Assembly: GCA_005878635.1 (NCBI GenBank)
Contig: VBLS01000110.1
Coordinates: 506 to 64,505 of the forward strand
Direction: 5' to 3'
From: Methanobacteriota archaeon
Lineage (GTDB): Archaea > Thermoplasmatota > Thermoplasmata > RBG-16-68-12
Length of the DNA stretch: 64,000 bases
The position numbers and the translations under genes are program-made. Positions 16,973 through 29,655 of the stretch are shown here, piece by piece. Each line of letters starts with the position of its first letter. Position 1 is the first letter of the stretch. Under the pieces are notes generated by a model, which was not told the DNA's origin, ran no database searches, and saw only the letters and a list, made by a program, of their open reading frames with translations.

Positions 16973-18259
16973 ATGGATTACGCGACGACGCTCGAACATC
17001 TCTATCGTCTCGAGCGGTTCGGGATCAAGCTCGGCCTCGAGAACATCCGGCGGCTCCTGTCGCTCCTCGGAGATCCGCATCGCGACCTGAGGATCCTGCA
17101 CGTCACCGGGACGAACGGCAAGGGATCCGTGTGCGCCTACGCCGCCTCCGTATTGCAGCAGGCGGGCTATCATGTCGGCCTGTACACCTCGCCGCATCTC
17201 GTGCGGTTCAACGAGAGGATCCAGGTCGACCGGACCCCGATCGCCGACGACGACGTCCTCCGGCTCTGGTCGGGGATGCAGCCCGCGATTCAGGCGATGA
17301 CCTCGGCCCGGGCGATCGATCATCCGACCTTCTTCGAGGTGGCGACCGCCATGGCCTTCGAATACTTCCGCGAGCGTCAGGTCGACGTCGCGGTGATCGA
17401 AGTGGGAATGGGAGGCCGGATGGACGCCACGAATGTGGCGGACGGCCTCGTCTCCGTCATTACCCGCGTGGACCTGGAGCACACCGAACACCTCGGAAGG
17501 ACCGTGAACCGGATCGCCCGGGAGAAGGCGGGAATCATCAAGCCCTCGTCGCGCGCCGTGACCGTCGAGCAACCCGCTCTGTCCGTCATCGAGGCCCGCT
17601 GTCGGGAGGTCCACGCTCCTCTTTCCGTCGTCGGCCGGGACGTGTATGCGGAACGCGGCGCCCGGGACCTGAAGGGCCAGGACCTGCGCGTCCGCGGATC
17701 CTTTGGAGAGATCGAGGTCCACACGCCGCTGCTGGGGGCCTTCCAGGCCGAAAACGTCACGCTCGCGGTCACCGCCCTCACCGAACTTCGGCAACAAGGA
17801 TTCGCCGTCTCGGACGATGCGATTCGAAGGGGCATCGCATCGACCCACTGGCCCGCACGCCTCGAGCCCGTCCGGGAGCGACCTCTCGTCCTGGTCGACG
17901 GCGCCCACAATCGGCCCGCGACGGACGCTCTTGCGACCTCCATCGCCGACCTGCTCTCGAATCGAAAGATCTCCCTCGTCGTGGGCATCTTGAACGACAA
18001 AGACCTAAAGGGGATGGCCGCCGCCCTGGGTCCCCTCGCATCCCACGTGTACGCGTGCCGACCGAAAACGCATCGGGCGTTCGCGGCCGACGAGGTCGCC
18101 TCGGCTTTCGCACCCTACGCCAAGGCCGAGTCCATCCCCCTTGTACGGGACGCGATCGACGCTGCGATCTCGAATGCAAGCGAGGAGGACGTCGTGCTGA
18201 TTACCGGATCCATCTACACGGCGGGGGAGGCCCTTGACCACCTCGGCGTCCATCCGTGA
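16973..18259 (+). CDS. folC: Folylpolyglutamate synthase / dihydrofolate synthase (Mur ligase family)
   Basis: P-loop HVTGTNGKGS, a Mur-ligase middle domain and a C-terminal domain. Confidence 0.8.
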   Translation: MDYATTLEHLYRLERFGIKLGLENIRRLLSLLGDPHRDLRILHVTGTNGKGSVCAYAASVLQQAGYHVGLYTSPHLVRFNERIQVDRTPIADDDVLRLWSGMQPAIQAMTSARAIDHPTFFEVATAMAFEYFRERQVDVAVIEVGMGGRMDATNVADGLVSVITRVDLEHTEHLGRTVNRIAREKAGIIKPSSRAVTVEQPALSVIEARCREVHAPLSVVGRDVYAERGARDLKGQDLRVRGSFGEIEVHTPLLGAFQAENVTLAVTALTELRQQGFAVSDDAIRRGIASTHWPARLEPVRERPLVLVDGAHNRPATDALATSIADLLSNRKISLVVGILNDKDLKGMAAALGPLASHVYACRPKTHRAFAADEVASAFAPYAKAESIPLVRDAIDAAISNASEEDVVLITGSIYTAGEALDHLGVHP

Positions 18260-18275
18260 GCGGATCCCCTTCATC

Positions 18276-18989
18276 ATGCGGGACCTCGCGGCTCGATACC
18301 TCCCCGCAGGGGACCTTCATCAAGGAGAGACCGCCCTCGCGAAGATCGTCGCGGAACGGGAAGATCCGTTCCTCGTCCTCATTTCGACGATCCTGTCCCA
18401 GCGAACTCGAGACGAGATGACGGAGCGGGCGTCGCGACAGCTGTTCGCGAAATATGACACGCCCCGCGCCCTCGCGGATGCAGATCCCGGGGATCTCGAG
18501 CGCTTGATTAAGCCGGTGGGGTTCTACCGGCAGAAGGCGGTCCAAATCCAAAAGGTTAGCCGGGTCCTCCTCGATCGATATGGGGGCGACGTGCCGGCAA
18601 CCTACGACGAGCTCATTGCGCTTCCCCAGGTCGGGCCGAAGACCGCGAACTGCGTCCTCGTCTACGGCTTCGGAGAACCGCGGATCCCGACGGACACCCA
18701 CGTCCATCGCGTGAGCAACCGGCTCGGACTCGTTCGCACGAAGACCCCCGCGGCGACCGAGAAGCGACTGATGCGCACCGTCTCGAAGGAGTACTGGCTC
18801 CATATCAACGAGCTGTTCATCCGTTTCGGAAAAGACCTCTGTCGGCCAATCGGCCCCCAGTGCCCGCGGTGTTCCTTCACGGACTTCTGCCGGTTCTACC
18901 CACGGACAAAGTGGGGGAAACTGGTGTCGAAGACCGCCCGACGAGCGCAGGTTCATCGGTCTCGACGACCTTCCAGGACCCATGATTGA
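18276..18989 (+). CDS. nth: Endonuclease III (HhH-GPD DNA glycosylase with 4Fe-4S loop)
   Basis: HhH motif LPQVGPKTANCVL, catalytic DTHV, and a C-x6-C-x2-C-x5-C cluster (CRPIGPQCPRCSFTDFC). Confidence 0.85.
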   Translation: MRDLAARYLPAGDLHQGETALAKIVAEREDPFLVLISTILSQRTRDEMTERASRQLFAKYDTPRALADADPGDLERLIKPVGFYRQKAVQIQKVSRVLLDRYGGDVPATYDELIALPQVGPKTANCVLVYGFGEPRIPTDTHVHRVSNRLGLVRTKTPAATEKRLMRTVSKEYWLHINELFIRFGKDLCRPIGPQCPRCSFTDFCRFYPRTKWGKLVSKTARRAQVHRSRRPSRTHD

Positions 18990-20343
18990 TCCGGCAGAAC
19001 GCGCGAAAATCTATTCCGTGCTGGATGGCCGTTCCGAGGATTTTGTAACCCTGCTGTCGGACTACATTCGCGTTCCGACGATTTCGGCCCACGGGACCAA
19101 GTTTCAGGAAGGCGCTGAAGCTACGCGGAAGGTCCTTGAGACCGCGGGGGCGACCGCCCGTTTGGTCCCCGAAAAGGGTGGCCCGCCGGTCGTCATCGGC
19201 GAGATCGAGGATGATTCGACTTCACCTTGGGTGATCCTCTATAACCATTACGACGTCCAGCCCGTCGATCCGCTTGACGAGTGGACGTCCGATCCATTTG
19301 ACCCCGTCGTCCGGGATGGCAAGCTGTACGGCCGAGGTGCCTCGGACACGAAAGGGAACACGGTCGCGCAAGCCCTCGCGGTGCAGGCGATCCGAGAAGT
19401 CGTTGGTCGCCTCCCGGTAAACGTCCGGTTCTTCATCGATGGCGAGGAGGAGAGTGGAAGCCCGCACCTGCTGCCGTTCGCAGAGGCCCATCCGGAGTTG
19501 TTCCGGGGCCTCGGGGCGACGATCGAGGCGGCCGCACACACGCGAGACGGGAAGCCCTCCATCAGCCTCGGCTCCAAAGGTATCCTGAGCGTCGACCTCG
19601 AGGTGCGGACGTCCAACGTGGATCAGCATTCGTCCTTGGCGACCGTCATCCCGAATGCCGCGTGGCGGCTCATTGCGGCCCTTCGCAGCCTGCGGTCGGA
19701 GAATGGAAAAATCCTCATCGCCGGTTTCTTGGACGGTGTCCCTCCTCCCGACCCGGAGATGCTCCGGTATCTACGAAAGAACACGTCGGATCCACTCTCG
19801 TACAAGGACGAGTTCGGGGCTCGGGAGATCTTCGGCGGGAAGACTCGCTACGCGCGTCTCAAGCGGGCTGCGTACGGCACGACCTGCACGATCGACGGAA
19901 TTTGGAGCGGCTATATGGGGCCGGGCCACAAGACCGTGAACCCGGCCGTCGCTCACGCGAAGCTCGACTTCCGCCTTCTTCCGGGACAGAGGCCCGATGC
20001 GATCTTCGACCGACTCGTTGCCCATCTCCGAACCAAAGGGTTCTCGGACGTCAAGGTCGACAAAGACTCCGTGTTCGAACCCGCCTCCTGTGCAATCTCG
20101 GAACGCCTTCCGCAGGCCATTTTGGCCGCGACCCGGGAAGTCTACGGCACGGAGCCGAACGTGTTCCCTTGGTCCTACGGCTCCTCGACCACGTGGTACT
20201 TCACTCGGATGGGGACGCCCGCTCCCCACGGGCCGGGGGTCGGATACCAAGGGAGCCGCGCCCACGCCCCGAACGAGCAGATTCGCCTTCAGGACGCCGG
20301 GCGCTCGATGAAGGCCACGGCCGGGATGCTCATGGTCCTCTGA
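18982..20343 (+). CDS. M20-family metallopeptidase (ArgE/DapE/CPG2-like dipeptidase)
   Basis: Motifs ILYNHYDVQP, GRGASDTKGN and IDGEEESGS, with a C-terminal dimerisation domain. Confidence 0.8.
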   Translation: MIDPAERAKIYSVLDGRSEDFVTLLSDYIRVPTISAHGTKFQEGAEATRKVLETAGATARLVPEKGGPPVVIGEIEDDSTSPWVILYNHYDVQPVDPLDEWTSDPFDPVVRDGKLYGRGASDTKGNTVAQALAVQAIREVVGRLPVNVRFFIDGEEESGSPHLLPFAEAHPELFRGLGATIEAAAHTRDGKPSISLGSKGILSVDLEVRTSNVDQHSSLATVIPNAAWRLIAALRSLRSENGKILIAGFLDGVPPPDPEMLRYLRKNTSDPLSYKDEFGAREIFGGKTRYARLKRAAYGTTCTIDGIWSGYMGPGHKTVNPAVAHAKLDFRLLPGQRPDAIFDRLVAHLRTKGFSDVKVDKDSVFEPASCAISERLPQAILAATREVYGTEPNVFPWSYGSSTTWYFTRMGTPAPHGPGVGYQGSRAHAPNEQIRLQDAGRSMKATAGMLMVL

Positions 20344-20481
20344 TTGACCCGTGGGGTCCTTCGACAGCGATTAGCTCGAGATGGCGTCCGACCGTCAAGA
20401 CCGAAACGCGAAGCGACGTCGCGGGTTCTGAAATTTGAATGCCTAGGTTTCATATTGTCCATCTCCACTGCGGGACGCGTC

Positions 20482-21543
20482 ATGCGAATTGACCTGATGG
20501 AATTTCTTCCTGTGACCCTGCAACGAAAGGAGGCGTTTACGATCGCAAAGGCATCGTCCGCGATTTCGGAAGTGGTGTTCCTCGCCGTGCATTCAGGGAA
20601 GCGCACCGGACACGGGGTGGCTGCGCCCACGGATGTCACCCGCGAGAACGTCCACTCCGTGCTCAACACCCTTCAAGCCTTCTCCCGGGCCCTCCCGGGC
20701 GTGGAATTCGAGAAACCGTTTCAGCTCCAAGAGCGGATGGACAAGCTCGCCGCGAATCAGCCCAGCGCGCGGGCCGCCCTCGAAATGGCGTTGTTCGACC
20801 TCGCCGCTCAGGCGGCCGGCGTACCGCTCTACGCCTACCTGGGAGGTCGGCGGGATCGGATGCCGACCGACATGACGATCGGGATCATGGACACGGATGC
20901 CGCCGTCGACCGGGCCCGGCGATGGGTGCAGGTCGGCTTTCAGGCCCTGAAAATCAAGGTCGGGCGGGATTGGAAGGCCGATGCGAAACGCGTGAAGGCG
21001 ATCCGTGACGCCGTGGGCAAGAAGGTCGAGCTCCGCGTCGACGGGAACCAAGGTTACTCGTGGACCGATGCGCTGGCCTTCGCGCGGTATGCTCGGTCCG
21101 AGGATGTCGCGTTCTTCGAGCAGCCGGTCTCCGTCGACGATTGGGAAGGGATGCGGGCCCTGACCGAATCGTCCCCGATCCCCATCATGGCCGACGAGAT
21201 GGTCCTCACGCCTGAGGACGTCAAGAAACTCCGATGGAGCAACGCCGCGCGCGCCGTGAATATGAAGCTGATGAAGCACGGCGGCATCTTGCGGTCGATG
21301 GAAATCAACACGCTCTGCGAATCCGCCGGCTACCCGACGATGGTGGGATGCATGGGCGAGCCGCAGCTCTCGATCGCCGCCGGCCTGCACTTCGCGCTCG
21401 CGCAGAAGAACGTGCGGTGGCTGGACCTCGATTCACACTTCAAGTTCGCCTCGGATCCCTCATCCGGCTTGAGGTTCGAGAACGGGCAATTGATCGCGCC
21501 TTCCGGGCCGGGCCTGGGCATCGACGTGCAATTCCCGAACTGA
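20482..21543 (+). CDS. Enolase-superfamily dipeptide epimerase (MR/MLE family, L-Ala-D/L-Glu epimerase-like)
   Basis: KIKVG, VDGNQGY and the metal ligands D-E-D (FFEQP ... IMADE). The ATG is at 20482. The ORF is tracked from 20344, but the conserved N-terminus begins here. Confidence 0.75.
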   Translation: MRIDLMEFLPVTLQRKEAFTIAKASSAISEVVFLAVHSGKRTGHGVAAPTDVTRENVHSVLNTLQAFSRALPGVEFEKPFQLQERMDKLAANQPSARAALEMALFDLAAQAAGVPLYAYLGGRRDRMPTDMTIGIMDTDAAVDRARRWVQVGFQALKIKVGRDWKADAKRVKAIRDAVGKKVELRVDGNQGYSWTDALAFARYARSEDVAFFEQPVSVDDWEGMRALTESSPIPIMADEMVLTPEDVKKLRWSNAARAVNMKLMKHGGILRSMEINTLCESAGYPTMVGCMGEPQLSIAAGLHFALAQKNVRWLDLDSHFKFASDPSSGLRFENGQLIAPSGPGLGIDVQFPN

Positions 21544-21561
21544 GCCACGCTCTCGCCTAGG

Positions 21562-24057
21562 CTACGCCGGCGAAGACGGTTCCCCAACCGCCTCCGCTTC
21601 CTCTTTCGGTCGCACGAGTCGCACGACGGCGGTGACCTTGTCCCCTTCGTTCAGGCGCTGGATCCGCACGCCACGCGCGGCCCGTCCGGTTTCGCGGATA
21701 TCCTGGACGGGACACCGGATGACGATGCCACCGACCGTGGTGACCAAAAGCTCGTCGTCGGCCTCGACTTCGAGGACCGCGACGACAGGGCTCTTCGCGA
21801 TCTTCATGTTCGTCGTCACGACGCCCTGGCTCCCGCGCCGGGTCTTGCGGTACTCCTTCACCTTCGTCCGCTTGCCGTATCCGGTCTCGAGGACGGTCAG
21901 GAGTTCGGCCTCTTCGCTCCGCACGAGGGCCATCGAGATGACGCGATCCTCTTTTCGGAGCCGCATCCCACGGACGCCCGCCGCGGTCCTCCCCATCGGG
22001 CGGACCTCGGTGAGCGGGAACCGGTTCGCGTAGCCCCCGGCGGATGCCAGGATGACCTCCTCGTCTCCGTCCGCGATCCGGGCCTCCACGAGTTCGTCCC
22101 CGGGGTTCAGCGCGATGGCCCGGATTCCCCGGATGTTCGGTCGCTTGAAGGAATCGAGGCGCGTCCGTTTGATCTTCCCGAGTTTCGTCGCGAACACGAT
22201 CGTGCGACGTTCGTCGAACTCCCGCACCGCGATCATGTCCAGGATCCGCTCACTCGGTTCCAATCGCGGCAGTAGGTTCACGATCGGCTTGCCTTTGGCA
22301 TAACGACTTCCGACGGGGAGCCGATAGGTCTTGAGCCAGTAGCACTGCCCCTCGCTCGAGAAGAATAGGATGTAGTCGTGGGTCGACGCCGTGAAGAGGT
22401 TGACGACGAAGTCCTCCTCCTTCGTCTCCATCCCCGTCACTCCTTTGCCGCCCCGACGCTGCGTATGGTACATCTGCGACGGAACGCGTTTGATGTAGCC
22501 CGTGTTCGTGATCGGGACGACGACGTGCTCGTCGGGGATCAGGTCCTCGATCTCCATGTCGAAGGCCTCGGCCTCGACTTTCGTCCGGCGTTCGTCTCCG
22601 TACTCCTCCTTCATCTCGAGGAGCTCGGCCTTGATGATGTCCAAGACCTGTTCTCGGGAGGCGAGGATGGCCTCGAGTCCCTCGATGTTCTTCTTGAGGC
22701 CCGTCTGCTCGGCCCGGAGCTTCTCGATCTCGAGTCCGGTGAGCTGCCGCAAGGCCATGGCGAGGATCGCCTTCGCCTGCGCCTCGGACAGCAGGTACCG
22801 GCTCGTGAGTCCGGCCTCGGCCTCCGCCGCATCTCGGGCCCGCCGAATCAGGCGGATCACCTCATCGAGGTGGTCGACCGCGGTGATGAGACCCTCGACG
22901 ATATGGAGCCGCTCGCGGGCCTTCCGGAGGTCGAACTCCGTCCGCCGCCGGACGATCATGACGCGATGGTCGACGTGGGATTGGAGGACCTCTTTCAGCG
23001 TCAGGACCTTCGGCTCGCCGCCGACCAGGGCCAGGTTGATCACGCCGAAGGTCTGCTCCATCTGCGTGTGATGGTACAGCTGATTCAGCACCACATCTTC
23101 GACGGCGTCGCGCTTCAACTCGAGGACGACCCGCATGCCTTCCCGGTCGCTCTCGTCCCGGAGGTCCACGACGCCCTCGATCTTCTTCGACTTGACCAGG
23201 AGGGCGATCGATTCGACGAGGGCCGCCTTGTTGACGAGGTACGGGATCTCCGTGATGACGATCCGGGCCTTGTCGTGGCCGGCCTCCTCAACGTGCGCCG
23301 CCGCCCGGATGCTGATCAGCCCGCGGCCGGTCTTGTAGGCCTCAGTCACGCCCGCCGCTCCGTACAGGATGCCGCCCGTTGGGAAATCCGGACCCCGGAT
23401 GGGCCCGGCCTCGGGGTTGTAGAGGTCCTGCAGCTCCGCGGCGGGATTGCCGATGAGGAGGACCAGGGCGTCCACGACTTCGCCGAGGTTGTGCGGCGGG
23501 ATGTTCGTCGCCATCCCGACCGCGATCCCGCTGGATCCGTTCACGAGCAGGTTCGGGAACTTCGACGGCAGGACGACCGGTTCCCGCATCGTCCCGTCGA
23601 AGTTGTCCATCCAGTCGACCGTGTCCTTCTCGAGGTCTTGCAGGATCTCTTCCGCGACCTTCGAGAGCCGGCATTCCGTGTACCGCATCGCGGCGGGCTC
23701 GTCCTCCGTGCTGCCCCAGTTCCCCTGCCCCTGGACGAGCGGGTAGCGGAGGGAGAAGGCCTGCACCATGCGCGCGAGGGCGTCGTAGATCGCAGTGTCG
23801 CCATGGGGATGGTATCGACCGAGGCAGTCCCCCACCACGCGCGCGGCCTTCCGCCATTGGCTCGTCGACGACGCGCCCGTCTCGTTCATCGTGTGCAGGA
23901 TGCGCCGCTGGACCGGCTTCAGTCCGTCCCGGACGTCCGGCAGGGCCCGGCCCACGATGACGGACATCGCGTAGTCGATGTACGACCGGTGCATTTCCTC
24001 TTCAATCGGTCGCGGTCGGATTCGCCGCGACGGTTCTTGCGTGGCCTCGTCCGGCAT
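21562..24057 (-). CDS. gyrA: DNA gyrase subunit A
   Basis: 831 aa with an active-site Tyr region (AAMRYTE), the GyrA box, and C-terminal beta-pinwheel repeats. It lies immediately downstream of gyrB. Confidence 0.95.
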   Translation of the reverse strand: MPDEATQEPSRRIRPRPIEEEMHRSYIDYAMSVIVGRALPDVRDGLKPVQRRILHTMNETGASSTSQWRKAARVVGDCLGRYHPHGDTAIYDALARMVQAFSLRYPLVQGQGNWGSTEDEPAAMRYTECRLSKVAEEILQDLEKDTVDWMDNFDGTMREPVVLPSKFPNLLVNGSSGIAVGMATNIPPHNLGEVVDALVLLIGNPAAELQDLYNPEAGPIRGPDFPTGGILYGAAGVTEAYKTGRGLISIRAAAHVEEAGHDKARIVITEIPYLVNKAALVESIALLVKSKKIEGVVDLRDESDREGMRVVLELKRDAVEDVVLNQLYHHTQMEQTFGVINLALVGGEPKVLTLKEVLQSHVDHRVMIVRRRTEFDLRKARERLHIVEGLITAVDHLDEVIRLIRRARDAAEAEAGLTSRYLLSEAQAKAILAMALRQLTGLEIEKLRAEQTGLKKNIEGLEAILASREQVLDIIKAELLEMKEEYGDERRTKVEAEAFDMEIEDLIPDEHVVVPITNTGYIKRVPSQMYHTQRRGGKGVTGMETKEEDFVVNLFTASTHDYILFFSSEGQCYWLKTYRLPVGSRYAKGKPIVNLLPRLEPSERILDMIAVREFDERRTIVFATKLGKIKRTRLDSFKRPNIRGIRAIALNPGDELVEARIADGDEEVILASAGGYANRFPLTEVRPMGRTAAGVRGMRLRKEDRVISMALVRSEEAELLTVLETGYGKRTKVKEYRKTRRGSQGVVTTNMKIAKSPVVAVLEVEADDELLVTTVGGIVIRCPVQDIRETGRAARGVRIQRLNEGDKVTAVVRLVRPKEEAEAVGEPSSPA

Positions 24058-24064
24058 CGCTCAC

Positions 24065-25963
<1,899 letters not shown>

Positions 25964-26194
25964 CTATTTCGCAACCTCAAGATTGGCTGCCAAGGCCCTC
26001 TCGCAGCCCATCCCAAATGACGCGCCAAGTATACGGTGGGTATTGATAAAGGTTCGGACCCTGGTTTCTATGGAGAAAACAGGCCCTTTGGACCGGTCTC
26101 TTTCTTTAAGTACTTTAGCACGGCCTCGAACAGCCCCCCATTCTCAACTTCGAGAATGGCGGAGAAGGGCCCCAAACGGGCCCAAAAAATCGCT

Positions 26195-27604
26195 TCATTT
26201 GAGCTTCCAACGGACGCCGTCGCGGGCATCTTCGAGCACGATGCCGACGGCCGCGAGCGCGTCCCGGATTCGGTCGGCCGTGGCGAAGTCTTTTCGCTTC
26301 CTCGCATCCTCGCGCAGTCCCACGATCAGGTCCAAGACGCCGTCGAGTCGGTCGGTTTCCGAAGGCTTCATTTGGAACAGGCCGAGGACGTCCCCGAACG
26401 TCCGAAAAGCCTCGGCGGCACCGTCGAGCGGTCCTCGGCCGACGCCACTCTCGATCGCCTTGTTCACGTCCCGCGCAAATTCGAATAGGACCGCAATCGC
26501 CTCGCGAGTGTTGAAGTCGTCCGACATCGCGGCGTCGAAGGCCGCGAGAGAATTCTTCGTCGCATCTCGGAGCCCCGGATCCGCTTTCCCCTTCGGCGGC
26601 GCTCGGCGACGCTCAGCCTCGACCGAGCGAACCGTTTCCCGGAGGCGCTCGTAGGAGCGCTTGGCTTCTTCGAGCAGTTCGGGGGCGAAGTCGATCGGGC
26701 CTCGGTACTGCACGTTGATCAGGAAGAACCGGAGGACCTCGGGCTCGTATCGCTCGAGGGCCGCTTGGACTGGCCAAAAGTTGCCGAGGGACTTGTGCAT
26801 CTCGGCGCCGCTCACCATGACCATGCCGCCGTGCATCCAGTACCGGACGAAGGGTGTGACACCGGTGAAGGATTCCGCCTGGGCAATCTCCGCCTCGTGG
26901 TGGGGGAAGGCGAGTTCCGTGCCGCCGCCGTGCAGGTCGTACTGCACCCCGAAGTGACGGATTGTGATCGCGGTGTCCTCGATGTGCCAGCCGGGCCGGC
27001 CCGGTCCCCAGGGACTCTCCCACGCCGGCTCCCCCGGCTTCTGGGCCCTCCAGAGGACGAAGTCCGCCGGATGCCGCTTGCGCTCCTCGATCTCGATGCG
27101 GGCACCCGGGCGGAGCTCCTCCACTTTCTGGCCGCTGAGTTTGCCCCATCCGGAGAAGGTCGTCGTGTCGAAATAGACGCTCTTGTCTTCCGCGACGTAG
27201 GCGTGTCCCTTCCTGATGAGGCCTTGAATCTGTTCCACGATCTCGTCGATGTAGTCCGTCGCGAACGCGTACACGTCGACCGACGTGCACTGCAGCCGCT
27301 CCATCACGTCCCGGAATTCCGCGAAATACTGCGCGACGATGTCGTCCCAGGCCCGCCTGGTCGACTTCATCTTCGCGATGATCCGGTCCTCGATGTCCGT
27401 CACGTTTTGTAGGTAGAAGACGTGGTAGCCTTTGGAGCGCAAGTACCGGGCGACGACGTCGAACGCGACGTAGGTCTTCGCGTGGCCCAGGTGGGTCTGA
27501 TCCTGCGGCGTGATGCCGCAGACGAACATCGACACCCGCTTCCCATGGAGGGGGACGAACGCCTCCTTCTTCCGCGAGAGGGTGTTGTACACTCGAAGAG
27601 GCAT
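26195..27604 (-). CDS. cysS: Cysteinyl-tRNA synthetase
   Basis: Class I aaRS with HIGH (HLGH) and KMSKS-like (KSLGN) motifs and the CysRS zinc-binding Cys. Confidence 0.9.
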   Translation of the reverse strand: MPLRVYNTLSRKKEAFVPLHGKRVSMFVCGITPQDQTHLGHAKTYVAFDVVARYLRSKGYHVFYLQNVTDIEDRIIAKMKSTRRAWDDIVAQYFAEFRDVMERLQCTSVDVYAFATDYIDEIVEQIQGLIRKGHAYVAEDKSVYFDTTTFSGWGKLSGQKVEELRPGARIEIEERKRHPADFVLWRAQKPGEPAWESPWGPGRPGWHIEDTAITIRHFGVQYDLHGGGTELAFPHHEAEIAQAESFTGVTPFVRYWMHGGMVMVSGAEMHKSLGNFWPVQAALERYEPEVLRFFLINVQYRGPIDFAPELLEEAKRSYERLRETVRSVEAERRRAPPKGKADPGLRDATKNSLAAFDAAMSDDFNTREAIAVLFEFARDVNKAIESGVGRGPLDGAAEAFRTFGDVLGLFQMKPSETDRLDGVLDLIVGLREDARKRKDFATADRIRDALAAVGIVLEDARDGVRWKLK

Positions 27605-27623
27605 TCTCTCTCCGGATGAGAGG

Positions 27624-27640
27624 AGCGTGTATTAAGGTTC
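27624..27640 (-). promoter_or_regulatory. TATA-like box (CCTTAATACAC on the minus strand) about 28 nt upstream of cysS
   Basis: GTGTATTAAGG lies at 27627-27637. The cysS ATG is at 27602-27604 on the minus strand. Confidence 0.3.
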
Positions 27641-27721
27641 TTTCCGAGGAAGCCCCGCGGCCCGACCATGCGCGACGGAGATCCTTTGTCAATGCGAATC
27701 GCGGACGCCTGACAACAGCTT

Positions 27722-28480
27722 ATGGAGAGCGGGAGCGGATGCGGTCGGATCATGACGGGCCCCTTTCTCCTTCCGCGCGCGGCCCGTCGTCGTGCGTTCT
27801 GGCCTCGCGAGTTGCGGCGCGGAGCCTTGCTCCTCGGCGTGAGCGCCGCGCTCTTCTGGTCCTCCTTCGCAATCGGCCGATGGATCGTCTTCTTCCCCGA
27901 GTCCGGCCCGATCTACGTCGACCTGCTCCTCGGCTGGATTGCCGTGATCGTCCATGTCTCGGCGTGGCCAAATCTCTGGGTCGGTTTGCGCGACCTCCGC
28001 GGACGTCAGCCTCGCGACGACCACCCGGTCATCGCCTGGCGCTCCTTCCTGATGACGCTCGTCATGATCGTCGCCGCGGTGGTGGTCCTCCCGCTCGAGT
28101 ACCACTCCCTCTCGGCGACGGATGCGTGGATCTTCGTCGCGTATGTGAGCGCTTTCCCATATCTGGGTTGGACGTTCGTCCCGATCCTCGCCCTTCACGG
28201 CGTCCTCTTCGGTCGGGTCGCTTGGTACCTCGAGTCTCGATCGCGGAGGATCGCGGACGCGGGGGCCATGCTCCTGTTCGCGGTCGCGGCGGCGACGACC
28301 GCGGTGATCTTGCAGAACCCTGGGGAGACCGCGTTCGTGCGTTCGTGGAGCGTCGGCCAGGGATTGCTTCCCGCGGCGGCCCTTGGCGGATATGTGCTCA
28401 TCGCCCTCGGGATCACGGCTTCGTCCACGGCACCCTTCGCGCGGGTCCCATCATGGACTCCGCGGCGGACCCGGTGGTAG
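27722..28480 (+). CDS. Hypothetical polytopic membrane protein
   Basis: At least six hydrophobic helices and coding-like composition, with no recognisable motif. The start is uncertain. Confidence 0.45.
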   Translation: MESGSGCGRIMTGPFLLPRAARRRAFWPRELRRGALLLGVSAALFWSSFAIGRWIVFFPESGPIYVDLLLGWIAVIVHVSAWPNLWVGLRDLRGRQPRDDHPVIAWRSFLMTLVMIVAAVVVLPLEYHSLSATDAWIFVAYVSAFPYLGWTFVPILALHGVLFGRVAWYLESRSRRIADAGAMLLFAVAAATTAVILQNPGETAFVRSWSVGQGLLPAAALGGYVLIALGITASSTAPFARVPSWTPRRTRW

Positions 28481-28483
28481 GCC

Positions 28484-29608
28484 TCAGGCCAGGGCCCGTC
28501 CCAGGTCGTCCTGCAGATCCTGCGGGTCCTCCAATCCGACGGAGAAGCGGACCAGGCCGTCGGTGATCCCTTGCGCCTGGCGTTGTTCCTTGGGCACGCT
28601 TGAATGCGTCATCGTGGCCGGGTGCTCGATGAGCGACTCGACGCCCCCCAGGCTCTCCGCGAGGATGATGATCTCGAGTTTTCGCAGGCGGTCCGCGACC
28701 TTGGCCGAATCTCGGAGTTCAAAACTGAGCATGCCGCCGAATCCGCGCATCTGTTTCTTCGCGGTCCGATGGCCCGGATCGTCGGGCAGGCCCGGATAGT
28801 GGACCGCGGAGACGGCCTTGTGGCCGCCGAGGAATCGAGCCATCGCCTGGGCGTTGGCGGAGTGCCGTTCCATCCGGATCGCCAAGGTCTTGATGCCGCG
28901 GAGGGTGAGCCAACAGTCGAACGGGCTCGGCACCGCGCCGAGGGCGTTTTGTGCGAACTTCAGTTTCTCGTACAGGTCTCCGCGGTTCATGATGAGCGCC
29001 CCGCCCAAGAGGTCCGCGTGGCCCCCGAGGTACTTCGTCGTGCTATGGACGACGAGGTCGACGCCGAGGCCCAAAGGGTTTTGCAACGCCGGCGACGCGA
29101 AGGTGTTGTCGCACACGCTGACCGCGTCGTGGGCCTTCGAGATCACGGCGAGCTCCCGCAAGTCGGCGACCTTCATGAGGGGGTTCGTGGGCGACTCCAT
29201 CCACAACATCTTCGTCTCCGGGCGAAACGCATCCTCGACATCGACGAGGTCCCGCAGGTCCACGAAGGTGGACTCCACTCCGTACCCGCTCATGATTCGC
29301 GTGAAGATTCGATAGACGCCGCCGTAGCAGTCATCCGTCACCACCGCGTGGTCGCCTTTCTTGAGCAGGGTGAGGGCCGTCGTGATCGCGCCCATGCCAC
29401 TGGAGAAGCAGAGGGCCTGCTGGCCCTCCTCGAGGGCCGCGAGGCTCTGCTGGAGCGCATCGCGGGTCGGGTTGTCGCCCCTCCCGTAGACGTAATCGTG
29501 CTGGACCTTCTGGGAGTACGTCGACGTCATGTAGATCGGCGGCGTGACCGCGCCGGTCCGAGGGTCCGGTTCCTGTCCGGCGTGGATGGCCTTCGTCGCA
29601 AAGTGCAT
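28484..29608 (-). CDS. PLP-dependent cystathionine gamma-lyase / gamma-synthase family enzyme (Cys/Met metabolism)
   Basis: N-terminal MHFATKAIHAG and the PLP-lysine motif HSTTKYLGGH. The tracked ORF extends a further 157 codons upstream as an R/G/P-rich artefact that overlaps the CBS gene. Confidence 0.85.
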   Translation of the reverse strand: MHFATKAIHAGQEPDPRTGAVTPPIYMTSTYSQKVQHDYVYGRGDNPTRDALQQSLAALEEGQQALCFSSGMGAITTALTLLKKGDHAVVTDDCYGGVYRIFTRIMSGYGVESTFVDLRDLVDVEDAFRPETKMLWMESPTNPLMKVADLRELAVISKAHDAVSVCDNTFASPALQNPLGLGVDLVVHSTTKYLGGHADLLGGALIMNRGDLYEKLKFAQNALGAVPSPFDCWLTLRGIKTLAIRMERHSANAQAMARFLGGHKAVSAVHYPGLPDDPGHRTAKKQMRGFGGMLSFELRDSAKVADRLRKLEIIILAESLGGVESLIEHPATMTHSSVPKEQRQAQGITDGLVRFSVGLEDPQDLQDDLGRALA

Positions 29609-29655
29609 CGCGATCGCCGCGGGAGGAGTCGCCCGCCTGGCGTAAAAGCCTTGCC

